Source: Puniceicoccaceae bacterium (lineage in GTDB: Bacteria; Verrucomicrobiota; Verrucomicrobiia; Opitutales; Oceanipulchritudinaceae). Taken from it: 64,000 bases of DNA. How positions within the stretch are numbered: the first letter of the stretch is position 1; each line of letters opens with the position of its first letter. Shown in pieces: positions 33,101-38,900 of this stretch. Under the pieces are notes generated by a model. It did not search any database and was not told the origin of the DNA. It worked only from the letters and a program-made list of their open reading frames with translations. A program made the position numbers and the translations under genes. The stretch covers positions 375,780 to 439,779 of the forward strand of contig JBFOMH010000005.1 of assembly GCA_040830765.1 (NCBI GenBank). The letters are read 5' to 3'.

Positions 33101-34199
33101 AACCTTTGTCATCGATGGCGGCGGAGACTTCGCCCAATGGAGCGGCAGCCAGAATTATCGTATCGAGAATGCCGGTACATGGATTAAACGGGGTGAAGGA
33201 ACCGTGACACAAGTCTTCAACCCGGTTGTCATGACCAATACCGGAACCATCCGTGTTGAATCGGGAACCTTGAACCTCTACAACCAGTTCGCCCAAACGG
33301 ATAGCCTGGCATTGACTGAAGTGCTTGGCGGGACCCTGACTTCGAACGGAGCCCTCTCGTTCGCCTCCGGGACGCTTTCCCTTGAGTCCGGCAGCCTGGG
33401 CCAATCGATTTCCGTTGGGGAAATGTTAACCGCTGGGCCGGGCAACTTCACTCTGAATGGTAATCTCACCATCGGGGCATCCGCGATGACCGAACTGAAA
33501 TTGGGCGCAGGTGCGGGCTTGAATCACACTGCCCTCGCGGTCACCGGCACCGCCTCAATCGACGGCCCCTTGCAAATCACCCTCGCCGAGGGCTTCGAGG
33601 AACTGGAGTCTGTGGTCTTCCCCGCTCTGACCTATGCCTCTGCCTCCGGCGGGTTTACCTCGGTCGACGGCCTTACCCAGAGCGGCTACATTCTTTCCTC
33701 AAGCACGGATGCAGCAGCCCTGAACCTGACCGTTGTCCAGAGTGGCGGTATCGTTGCTCCCCTTTCCCTCATCAACTCCTTCACCTTCGCCAAGTGGAGA
33801 AACGATAACTTCTCAACATTCCACGCCGAGAATGACTTTAGCAAGTGCGGGCCGGGGGAAGATCCCGACAGTGACGGAATGTGCAATCTTCTTGAATACA
33901 CTATGGGGTCCGATCCCTTGTCATGGGATCGCAGCTACCCGCGGATTCAGTTGGTCAATATCAATGGCCTGACTTTCATGGACCTCACTTATCCGCGCAA
34001 TCTGGATGCCAGTGGAACGCGCCTGGTCCTTGAATTCACAACCGACCTCCTCAACTGGAGCCAGCTGACCCGGGTCCAGAGCATGGAACCGGCCAATGCA
34101 GAAGCCTCCGTCTACTGGGTCACCGAGCGGACCGTTTTCCCGGTTGATAATATTGACCTCAGCCTCTTCCGCCTGCGCATCGCAGAGGCGGCCTTTTAA
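18126..34199 (+). CDS. Giant surface protein (5357 aa): about 13 carboxypeptidase-regulatory-like repeats, Big_5-like domains, TSP3-like Ca-binding repeats, cadherin-like/Big_9, LamG, jelly-roll modules, beta-helix-like tandem repeats, C-terminal domain
   Basis: Uninterrupted 16-kb ORF with a signal-like N-terminus ending AALA-DTP. Recurring xxxGRVxxxDGxxP units at ~20920-24760, DxDxDG repeats at ~26970-27230, LLANDSDPDGD and VLTNDTDPEGD, and LamG TLTVEMWFK...DGQWHHV...FDGRIDNVRIW. Confidence 0.93.
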   Translation: MKSSNVSIKPHQTHWFGLLAASAERLLGNGFACFLFLLPGIAALADTPLTTLEYTVSGQVLQVTPSAVAVPKGIPGSILTNVQGDIPEGAFVEAYLRGPSFPARSLVALPNEPMLFPPINLVGDYSLDGIRLVDPATGDTLLEGNPGSVPVRVFDEVLISRVTSRPLTLEEIQEKGIVIDESNYRAVEFEVGFVLDGQTIPVKFPVVAPNFSQNTEIIPTAELEEQLAEVDRINDELALGVELPPALETANVNIEMRGINFQFVDGEDPDLALQVPPIPALMVIPGNIGYLNQFFSVLIFTENGSPNGSGLSVRDVVAEIDLPDGSDRIQGTYAEPGDDPLRMARVGPDAIIETMQPVVALGPDGELGTADDVPRLYPGETGQAEFLVEGLQEGLHVLNLNLTAQLDGLAAGSVQVTGKAAGSVLVRNPNFSMAFSHPRTVRAGEPYEAFVTILNTSNVPANLVNVTLNNNSISGGILESEETVQLGTILPGQTATARYRIRSQRTGSITFSNLTTAEDSLIGRFRLRVGVDERGVPLSPDTLLLPDFVDELPPELVLAANRILGQALSISTAPLLPAGVEKVSKRHLRQKAIELAEAGQRVRYGEPLQSVLPDLLLDWQGARDFLSGWDQILRETDAGLEWRVAMAQAMADASGGSDPVIQMETAAADLAGRGETWTFGALSAAGEMELQVSANETVAAAGSSVLQGHAYPTSEGSLIASARSGIFTWTFSEAPPGPVDVGVWIVNDDGTTGELVWRLDAIQAGTCLRYDATSGTGVLDIDTDCDGTIDSTLTTTLSNIVELPPTVIAVRQDPEVLVGRPKEQCIQISTTTDDSGEFRSVNNYANVLAVLFSKPMVQQTADIPEAYRLDNGNEAAFVRVQPGGRVALLTMREPVGALIPRNMTVASTITDVRGNNLSAVALPVESRLVEGISVRGRVIRADGSYAANVPVTLTYYDQKSTLFGCSDWIMRPSQVFTDEEGLFAYDFVLNGISYSLSATDTSNLSAEAVDLILDSYRGDQLDVSLLEELASDAELENTLLGEFAASSLPEAIAQAEGIDRAVVRDNVAAGSARVGTESVFALRFRGRGTIIGQVLESDGITPAAGSGVNLFPDPDSRELGRGLFADSEGRFAFFGVPLGVFSVEATSPSGRTRVLADVINTPGQVLNLEVVLSESIPQLTSLQGRITEPDGTPHANGRVYIGQYVQGKFCCIVSTATADTDGYWTAEGVPVDDYDIIAISADSRRKGERRDILAVAGSINTVNISLQARAIVQGRVETSTGLPVENAIVGGGETLVRTDALGRFTLTGVPTGDRSISAGLERNPDAGIDFPRLGSASLNVLPGDDNFVIVRLRPAGRIIGRVFDSLGQPIPRARVAIPQADGFLWVEADAQGNYEFPGLGLARYSVSSPAPATGGDFDASDALSAIRQGNQEEILAAIGEAYAAFTGVDDPLLNGDGSTFNPRSWGYVDNIRLSFDGQTVVADIRHLGNSTVSGTVLNGQGVPIGARVRLTGIGPSLTGRPTMIIRGERNSDPALGTFSFEGQALIGDWGLQAASPFFPVVVSTSGRTTSLQPDATGIILQFPEVRDTNGSLSGQVLSPDGEPAGPGIDVQISFGPDFIIRTDEDGRFATQQDTYTLPAGNYSVTATDPATGATGRSGVRVLASQDNSVTVQLLGRGTAVVNVQLADGSAAEGAAVVIEGGAYPGERFEGTTDASGTVEFLNVFEGPYGATAGLTLGATRVSGRSGLSVPLGGSGQTTVVLSGTAGIVGRFLGTDGESPFAFANVALGNLAFTSTDAEGNFAFPDVPLGTYRIVATDAVTGRSGSTEVQLVTVGETRQVTIIETSLGNISGFVIDGYGVAMVPNAEVVLVHADPYVADRTVTTGPDGSFSFPATPFGDFTIQARDPLTGNTGSNSGEVTSTTTAVQLNIGLRPLGNLTVQVFEEDGSTPAQLATVNLRIGLTGISVDTDSNGSARFEGIPVGPGAIGVTAVSRVPGMTRSWGGAFVTVDSQGTEETATITLSGVGSLEGQVLLADEVTPAPGAEVRIRIIAETVPVENGEMAPPSSGEEDVIIADASGQFSFNDLPVGTINLRAVSQSLGANTDAAITFPGEIVTQDLILSASGTVSGRILRADATTPAEGTEVLITFQSQSGLPGRLTARADVNGLFNLEPVPVGLFNAEFVLTGVGGLARLSESINSNGEILDLGDIILDEDFPEVLVVDPEDTANDVDINTAVELVFSEGLDADSLFADGVLLQTADEGTPVSTNLQLLPEQGGDPTVLNRLLITPDAPLESETTYQVVVVDGDLLNAVGQVTNRGPRDRVGRPLNALFSSTFTTRDQRPPELLSFTPENGTAQLDTRSVIRLSFDEPIDDGATISLNGPSGAVPGTTSLGLNSLIVVFTPDLELEPNAEYTTSVSNIRDLAGNFALDQPFVSTFATLDTIGPSIAQLRIKDGQIPTAGAGIVLEAVLESPEPGVRIRVTADFESIGLTDPGVLEVPYTLADAGTVTFRAIAIDPYGNEGPLAELPVTILANQPPQIQFEKLQPSTETVGNGELVQVRVSATDDSEVVELRAAITGAATASLRSTPGDPITIVASVPDTAIPGTTVDVRAIAFDNSDAVSGEQIYSIEIVDTAPPNASIVTPAEFSVADPDLPFPVEIAWSDNSGSATLQVSLTGLNVDPEVIEVSMNPNEPALEVVQFDLSSAPLDLTGFSVLVRAIDEEGNESSTSRDFLLPDRVPPLLQSVTPLDGASGISLWSGGWTLVFDESMEATTLTGDNLVVLDEADAVVPTTIASPTPDTVTISPDLPLLPETTYRLVVGANLTDLAGNSWEESEGVPVPPEGIPFTLTAASLVLDSPSAGDPVIPGQEVEVRLTYEATAGVDTFSISFNGLDPDVIAVGNESTTTNELLRLPLDATEAVLQVSAGRSGEPDFVLPGRVLDLRPRDADDDGDTIPNGVEADNGLDPFRDDTAEDLDEDGVSNIDEINQGTFPDNPDSDEDGLNDGEEKAAGTNPLNEDSDGDGILDGADPFPLLGNRNPVAEDDSGFTVPQGQVLSIQEANLLANDSDPDGDSISIDATFILSATNGSVVYSSALGTFTYTPADGFTGSDSFEYQIVDAFGLIATASVSITVGENRPPVAGTDSGLNLLFNGGSGRVTLPNSMIHGSTTLTVEMWFKAEPGSSGGGLIGYQNVAYPGSPGNWIPAIYIGTDGRLRGEYWVGSVTPITSTVDVRDGQWHHVSLIGSVNTQTLYLDGQPVGTLSGGINHLSMVHNQIGTVYTSVWPGGNGSWFTFDGRIDNVRIWYRAFDDTEAFSLFSQPASIDRTGLVGEYTFDSDPVPDVLDDSGLANDGTLEGSQSEQPQYELSDSPVSGTTIYYNTFENQASVVTLIGSDEDGDALSGIVLSLPSNGSLFQLVNGTFGPPIDTVPATVTDPLMRLVYQPAVDFTGNDLFQYLVNDGIEDSNTAKALVSVSPSISETGNDLWDPSLGAIVTASSGVSGSSSAENMFGGSSGIESENTLFQDGQAAGFTHWVEWETANFVVVDGFNLFAADNGFASGGERGFTEMRLYGRLDTAEAFTLLATLNPPANPYAPDSEFNNQVFIDPFAGKYFRAEFDQAADTPTSGPRVIELDLIGESVALIPEDIPVSLQNASSDQSQNGFPPSEMIDGIIEGASTQNGWAGSTNSGTISMTAVVETVEDILAETTTEFTFEMIQPYGSGHFLGRFRISATTDSRDQFADGQAIGGDITANWTVLDVLEITSTGGETFTVLGDGSILVSGNLPSSTTYTVRASGIEGAVTGFRVEAIEDASLPTNGPGRAGNGNWVLNELQVYNDGVTINRGPLANDDAYQATQGFSLTTGNVLTNDTDPEGDTISILEFTQAANGSVVDNGDGTFTYTSDPSFSGEDSFTYRITDGFQTSLAATVTITVNPSEFVAWNNPAGGDWHDPANWQPARVPNGTDRALVALPGAYTVSLTAGVNVTDLTVGGDGAEATLRLNGQVLTLQQDSTVLAGSSFIIDGNSRLTMQNGTTLTVNGTLEFNRGTITNGGTLVLGNGGIGTLSGTSQKWIDGTLRNHGTLTYNGTQVRFGVDASNLTCQLVNAPDGIFIADGDGDFAQWNGSQNYSIINEGTWIRRGTGTTAVLNPVRFNSTGTVQIEEGTFRFTQSTNFSGTVEGAGTIYFNGGTHALGDGMTFEPASMLTESSTINFGTGVYQTINTLDLNSATAVFKEDRSVPNVIIRGTSRVTVLNDSTLTATSTLDFSRGIITNGGTLALANGATGTLSGTVQKWIDGTLLNHGTLTYSGTQVRFGIDASNLTSQLINAPDGVFIADGDGDFEQWNGGQNYSILNEGTWIRRGAGTTAVLNPVRFTSSGLIQVEEGTFRFTQSTNLSGTVEGAGTIYFNGGSHVLGDGMTFEPASMLTESTTVTFGTGVYPGINSLDANSAHIIFSEDRSIPNVTIRGTGRLTMQNGSTLTATNSLSFTRGTITNGGTLALGSGATGTLSGTSQKWIDGILLNHGTLTYSGSEIRFGIDASNLTCQLINAPDGIFIADGDGDFQQWNGSQNYSILNEGTWIRRGTGTTAILNPVRFTSTGSIQVEEGTLRFTQSTNLSGTVEGAGTIYFNGGSHVLGDGMTFEPASMLTESTTVTFGAGVYQTIDTLDANSAHIIFPENRSIPNITIRGTGRLTMQNGSTLTATNNLTYSRGTITNGGTLVLANGATGTLSGTSQKWIDGILRNHGTLTYSGAEFRFGLDASNLTSQLINAPDGTFIADGDGDFQQWNGSQNYSILNEGTWIRRGAGTTAILNPVRFTSTGSVQIEEGTLRLTQSSNFSGTVEGAGTLFLNGGTHTLADDMTFEPAVLNTTSTTVVFGTGTFQTVQALDANASALVFPEDRSIPNLTIRSNGRLTMQNGSTMTVNNTLDFRNGIITNGGTLALASSATGTLSGTSQKWIDGTLRNHGTLTYTGSQVVFGRDASNLTSLLENASDGTFVIDGGGDFAQWSGSQNYRIENAGTWIKRGEGTVTQVFNPVVMTNTGTIRVESGTLNLYNQFAQTDSLALTEVLGGTLTSNGALSFASGTLSLESGSLGQSISVGEMLTAGPGNFTLNGNLTIGASAMTELKLGAGAGLNHTALAVTGTASIDGPLQITLAEGFEELESVVFPALTYASASGGFTSVDGLTQSGYILSSSTDAAALNLTVVQSGGIVAPLSLINSFTFAKWRNDNFSTFHAENDFSKCGPGEDPDSDGMCNLLEYTMGSDPLSWDRSYPRIQLVNINGLTFMDLTYPRNLDASGTRLVLEFTTDLLNWSQLTRVQSMEPANAEASVYWVTERTVFPVDNIDLSLFRLRIAEAAF
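30201..33270 (+). repeat. Intragenic tandem repeat, 663-nt (221-aa) period, about 4.6 copies
   Basis: The Lys codon of KWIDG falls at 30333, 30996, 31659, 32322 and 32985, exactly 663 nt apart. The unit is G/T/N-rich. Confidence 0.95.
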
Positions 34200-34258
34200 G
34201 CGGATCCCTTGCATTTGAGGTTGGCCCTGCCATCCACCATCATCATAGTTTCCCCTAT

Positions 34259-34480
34259 ATGGATTCCGGACCTGATTCTATACCCCATCTCGAGCGCCAA
34301 CTGGACCAACTGCAGGGACATGTCGCCGCGCAGGACCAGGAAATCTTCCGCCTTTCCAAGATTATCGAAAAGCTGGAGAAGCGATTCCAGAAGCTGGAGG
34401 GCCGGCTGGATGCAGATGGCGGCGAAAGTCCCCTCCTTGAGGATCGAAAACCCTCCGAGGAGCGTCCCCCGCACTATTAG
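34259..34480 (+). CDS. slyX: SlyX family protein
   Basis: Short coiled coil ending in the family-typical EERPPHY. Confidence 0.85.
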   Translation: MDSGPDSIPHLERQLDQLQGHVAAQDQEIFRLSKIIEKLEKRFQKLEGRLDADGGESPLLEDRKPSEERPPHY

Positions 34481-34617
34481 GAAGCCCGGCTTTCCCCGGA
34501 GGACAACATATCTCATATGGGTCCGACTACGGCTTGAAGTGTGCCCCAAAACCTGACAGGATTCCCTCGAACGCAAAGCACCCGCTTATCCATTACTAAA
34601 AACAAGGAGAATATCTC

Positions 34618-34887
34618 ATGAGCAAACCTGTCGTCGCCCAGAATAAACCCGTTCCCGTTGAACTCGAGGAAGGCAAAACCTACTTTTTCTGCACCTGTGG
34701 CATGTCATCCGGCCAGCCTTTTTGCGACGGTGCCCACAAGGGTAGCGGCATGGCCCCGAAACCCTTCAAGGCGGAGAAATCGGGTACCGCCTACCTCTGC
34801 CAGTGCAAGGCCACTGACAACGCCCCTTTCTGCGATGGTTCCCACTCCGCCATCCCCGATGAAAAGGTCGGCAGCCCTGCTGAATAA
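34618..34887 (+). CDS. CDGSH iron-sulfur domain protein (two CDGSH motifs)
   Basis: CTCGMSSGQPFCDGAH and CQCKATDNAPFCDGSH; RBS AAGGAG. Confidence 0.95.
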   Translation: MSKPVVAQNKPVPVELEEGKTYFFCTCGMSSGQPFCDGAHKGSGMAPKPFKAEKSGTAYLCQCKATDNAPFCDGSHSAIPDEKVGSPAE

Positions 34888-34956
34888 ACGGTTCCGATCC
34901 CCTCTGGGTCAAAATGGCGCTTAAATGAGGCGCATGGCACAATCTCCCTGTCGACG

Positions 34957-34973
34957 TGTGCAAAAATGGCACA
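34957..34973 (+). promoter_or_regulatory. Candidate enhancer-binding-protein site (UAS)
   Basis: Dyad TGTGC-AAAAATG-GCACA about 65 bp upstream of the sigma-54 motif. A related sequence, TGGGTCAAAATGGCGCT, lies at 34905-34921. Confidence 0.5.
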
Positions 34974-35036
34974 TGCGGGTTGTGGATTAATTTACTTAAG
35001 TATTTCTTTATAAATGACTTAACGATTTTCCGATCC

Positions 35037-35054
35037 TTGGCATCCCGCCTGCAT
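35037..35054 (+). promoter_or_regulatory. Sigma-54 (-24/-12) promoter of the Hsp20 pair
   Basis: TTGGCATCCCGCCTGCAT: GG (35039-40) and GC (35051-52) are separated by exactly 10 nt, about 40 bp upstream of the ATG, with an AT-rich tract upstream. Confidence 0.75.
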
Positions 35055-35093
35055 AATCAAGGGCACATTAATTGAACCAAGAAAGGAAAATCA

Positions 35094-35510
35094 ATGAAAC
35101 TGATAAAACACGACTCATTCTTCAATGATCCGTGGACGGACCTGGACCGGCTTTTCGAGACAACGCTCCCGGAGCTTTACCAGTGGAGTCCACTGCGCAT
35201 CAGCGGACGGGTGAGAAGCCTTCCGTTGGATGTTTACGAAGGGGATGACGAGCGGGTAATCCGGCTCGAAATGCCCGGGGTGCAAAAGAAGGATATCCAG
35301 CTGGAGCTGGAAAACGCCGTCCTCTCCGTCGAAGCCAAGCGCATCGAAAAGACGGAATCCGGCGAATCGACAATCGAGCTGAGCCGCTCGGTCTCGGTCG
35401 GTGACGATATCGACGCGGAGAATATCAAGGCCCATCTCGAGAACGGAATCCTGTCCATCAGCCTGCCCAAGCGCGAACAGGCCAAGCCGAAGCAAATCAC
35501 CATCAGCTAA
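35094..35510 (+). CDS. Hsp20/alpha-crystallin small heat-shock protein
   Basis: PLDVYE...LEMPGVQKKDIQLELENAVL...IKAHLENGILSISLPK...KPKQITI; RBS AAAGGA. Confidence 0.95.
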   Translation: MKLIKHDSFFNDPWTDLDRLFETTLPELYQWSPLRISGRVRSLPLDVYEGDDERVIRLEMPGVQKKDIQLELENAVLSVEAKRIEKTESGESTIELSRSVSVGDDIDAENIKAHLENGILSISLPKREQAKPKQITIS

Positions 35511-35523
35511 GGAGACCACATCC

Positions 35524-35898
35524 ATGACTACGGAAATGGCCAAGAAAGAGAAAACCGAAGCGAGGACTCCCGCCATGCGCCGCCGCCCCGATTACCGGGT
35601 GCTGGGTGGCAAGGAATCCTACACCGTGGAGGTATTCATGCCAGGTGTGGCCAAGGGAGACTACAATGTGTCCCTGCACGACCATGAGCTGTTGATCGAG
35701 GGCCGCAAGGTCCTGCCGATTCCCTCGGACGCCAAGTGGGTCCACCGGGAGATCACGGTCGAGCCCTACAAGCTTCGCCTGCAACTCAATGTGGATGTCG
35801 ATGCCGAGGGTATCACGGCCAGGAGCGAGGATGGCATCCTTCGTGTGACCCTGCCCGTCGCCGCCGAGGCCCGGCCCCGGAAGATCACCATCCAGTAA
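35524..35898 (+). CDS. Hsp20/alpha-crystallin small heat-shock protein (second)
   Basis: RBS AAGGAG before ATG 35524; VFMPGVAK...ITARSEDGILRVTLP...RPRKITI. Confidence 0.93.
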   Translation: MTTEMAKKEKTEARTPAMRRRPDYRVLGGKESYTVEVFMPGVAKGDYNVSLHDHELLIEGRKVLPIPSDAKWVHREITVEPYKLRLQLNVDVDAEGITARSEDGILRVTLPVAAEARPRKITIQ

Positions 35899-35924
35899 CC
35901 ATTATTCATTCAAATATTCTTCAA

Positions 35925-35957
35925 GGAGCCCCGGGAAACCGGGGCTTCTTTTTTTTT
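35925..35957 (+). terminator. Rho-independent terminator after the Hsp20 pair, between convergent genes
   Basis: GGAGCCCCGG-GAAA-CCGGGGCTTC followed by a T run. Confidence 0.92.
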
Positions 35958-38900
35958 AGCCTTCATCCGATGCCTCGGCCTTGCCGGTGGCCCGGTTGAA
36001 GCGCATCGAAATCATGTTACTGACGCCCTTCTCCTGCATCGTCACCCCGTAGATGGAGTCGGCCACGCTGATCGTGCGCTTGTTGTGGGTGATGATGAGG
36101 AACTGGGAGAACTCGAGGAATTTCTCCAGCATATTGGTGAAGCGACCGATGTTGGCGTCGTCCAGCGGTGCGTCGATTTCGTCAAGGACACAGAACGGGC
36201 TCGGCTTCACCATGTAGATGGCAAAAAGCAGGGCCACCGCGGTCATGGTCTTCTGTCCACCGCTGAGCAGACCGAGGTTGCGCAGGCGCGTTCCCGGCGG
36301 CTGGGCGGTGATTTCAATCCCACTCTCAAGGACATCCTCGGCATCGACGAGTTTTAGGTCGGCCTTGCCGCCTCCAAAGAGGGTTTCAAAGGTATAGAGG
36401 AAGTTTTCCCGGATCGCCGCAAAGGTCTCGGCAAACATCGACTGGCTCGTGTTGTTGATTTCATCGATGGCTTCCAGCAGCTGCTCCTTGGACTTCCACA
36501 AGTCCTCGCTCTGCGTCGAAAGGAACTCATAGCGCTCCTTAAGGTCCTTGTACTCCTCGATGGCGACAAGATTAACCGGTCCCATGGCCTGGATGCGGGT
36601 GCGTAGGGAGGCGATCTCTTCCTCGATGGCATCCCAGTCGACTGGGTCGAGGCTCTCGCGCTCCTCGTCGGTTGGGTCCGGGCGCTCGGTGACACTTTCC
36701 ATGTCCTCGGGCGTCGATTCCTCGATGTCCACCCGGATGCGTTCGGGCAGGGTCTCACCGGCCTTCCACAGCTCCAGTTTCCAGTCGATGGATTCCGGGT
36801 CGCGCTCGTATTTATTGAGGCATTCCTCCTGGATGAACTGCAAGCGGGATTCCTGGCGCGCCAGGTTGACTTCCGTTTTGTTCAGTTCGGTAGCAATCTT
36901 CTGCAGGGACTCGCGCTTGGGGGCGATCCCTTCCTCGACCACGGCAATCTGCTTTTCGACCTCCCGGAGGGCTTCCCGGTCGGCATCCAGCTTCTTCATC
37001 AGCTTGTCCAGCGATGACTGGATCTTCTTCTCCGAATCTCCGTGATCGGCAGCCTCCTTCTGCAGTCCGGCAATCTGTTTCTTCAAGGAATCCATCTCCT
37101 CAAGCCTCTTGATACGGGATTGCTCGTTTTCCTTGGATTTCTGCTGCAGCTCGTTCAACCCACGGTCGAGCAATTCCAGCCGCTGCTTCTTCTTGGCCAC
37201 GTCGAAACGGACCTCGTCAAAGTCTTCCCGCTTGGCTTCCCGCTCCTTGCGCAACTCGTCGACCTGCGTTTCCGTTTCGGCTATTTTCTGCTTCTGGGCC
37301 TCAAAGTCGGTCTCGGTATCTTCCAGTTCCTTGCGGGCAGCTTCCAGTTTTTCCGTCGACTTGCCCTTGGTCGCCTCGAGCTTCTCCAGTTCACCGGACT
37401 TGCTTTCGTGCGACTTGCCGTTCGTCTCCAGGTTGCGCTCAACTCCCTGAAACTGGGCCTGGAGGGTAGTGATTTCCGTGCCAATCTCGCTGATCAGGCG
37501 CCCCTGTTCCTCAATCTTCTTTTCGGATGCATCCAGCTTGCCTTGGGCCTGACCGGTTTCAAGACGGTGGCGCTCCTGCAGATCATCAAGGTCAGCCAGT
37601 TGCTTGTTGAATTTCTTGAGCTGGTTCTGGCGTGAAAGGAAGGAACTGTTTTCCTTCTTGGCCTTGGAACTGCCAGCAAGGACAATTCCCCGGGGATCGA
37701 TGAGCTCGCCATCCCGGGTCACCGCCAGATGAAAGGCGAACTTCGGATTGCTTTCCCAGTGTGTGAGAAAGGCATCAAGGCTTTCGGCAATGTAGCAACC
37801 GGTGAAGTACGTTTCCAGAAAGGCCTGGATTTCCTTGTCCGCGGAACTGACAACCGAGGCGACCTCAATGATCGTTTCCGGCAACTTGGCCTTGCCGCCC
37901 GGCATGTTGACCGGATGGACCGGTTTGGCCAGCAAACTTGCCCGGCCAGCCTTTTTGTCCGCCAAGGCATGGGCAATGGTCCGGACCATCTTGTTGTCCC
38001 GGACGAATATGCCGTCATTGGCCGTTCCCAGTAACTGCTCCACGGCCTGCGTGAAGCCATCCTTCACCTTCAGCTGCTTCAGAAACAGGGCAATTGCCCC
38101 CGCCGGGACCGTCTCCTCAAACTTGCCCTGCAGGATGGCCTTGGCCCCTTCCGAGAAACCTTCAAATTTCGACTGCAGATCTTCCAGCACGCCGATCTGG
38201 GCCTGTAGCCCTGCCCGCTGGCGTTCTGTCTCTTGGATGGTCTGCTGCAGATCCCGGAACGATTGCATCAGGCCCTGATGCTTCTCCTTCAGCTCCGCCA
38301 ACTTGGCTTCCTGACGTTCCCGTTCCTTTTCCCGGGCAACGCGGGTCTTCTCCAGCGTCTCGCGATCCTTTTGCAAGAGCTCCTTTTCGTTGGAAAGCGT
38401 CTGCAGTTCCTCGGTCAGGTTGGCGTGGCGTACCTGGTAGGTCTTCAGGTCCAGCTCAAGACTGGTGCAATTGCTCCGCAGGCGGCTGATGGCACTTTCC
38501 TTGACCAGTAGTCCCTGCTTGAGCCGGGATAGTTCAGTCTCCGCCGCGTTGAGCTGCTTCTGCAAATCGGCCAGATTCTCACTCCGTTTCTGGAATTCCT
38601 CGTCGGAATTGCCAAAGAGGTCCATCTGTTCCTGCTTCTGCTTGGTCTCACTGGAAAGGCGCTCTGCGAGGACCTCCTCCTCCTGGGCCAGTTCCGCCAA
38701 CTCGGTGGCGATCCGGGAAAGCCGCTCCTGCATGTCCTCCCGGCGAACATTGGACATCTCCACCCGGCTGGCCGCATTCTCCTTCTCGGAGCGCAGGTCG
38801 TACACCTCACGTTGAAATTCTTCCAGCCGTTGGCGCAGCTCCTGCGCCTTCTCGCGTTTGTCCAGCAAGCCTGCTTCGGTGGCTTCAAGGGCCTTTTCCA

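Noticed and set aside
30201..33270. Long direct repeats as a possible CRISPR array, DGR template/variable pair or mobile element
   Set aside because: The period is 663 nt, in frame inside a CDS, and differences are mostly synonymous. There are no spacers, and no reverse transcriptase or cas genes in the window.
22497..33404. Several 250-370-aa minus-strand ORFs inside the 5357-aa gene (22497-23393, 24470-25591, 25047-26003, 31293-32351, 32664-33404)
   Set aside because: Antisense shadows of a GC-rich, repetitive CDS; no independent protein features.
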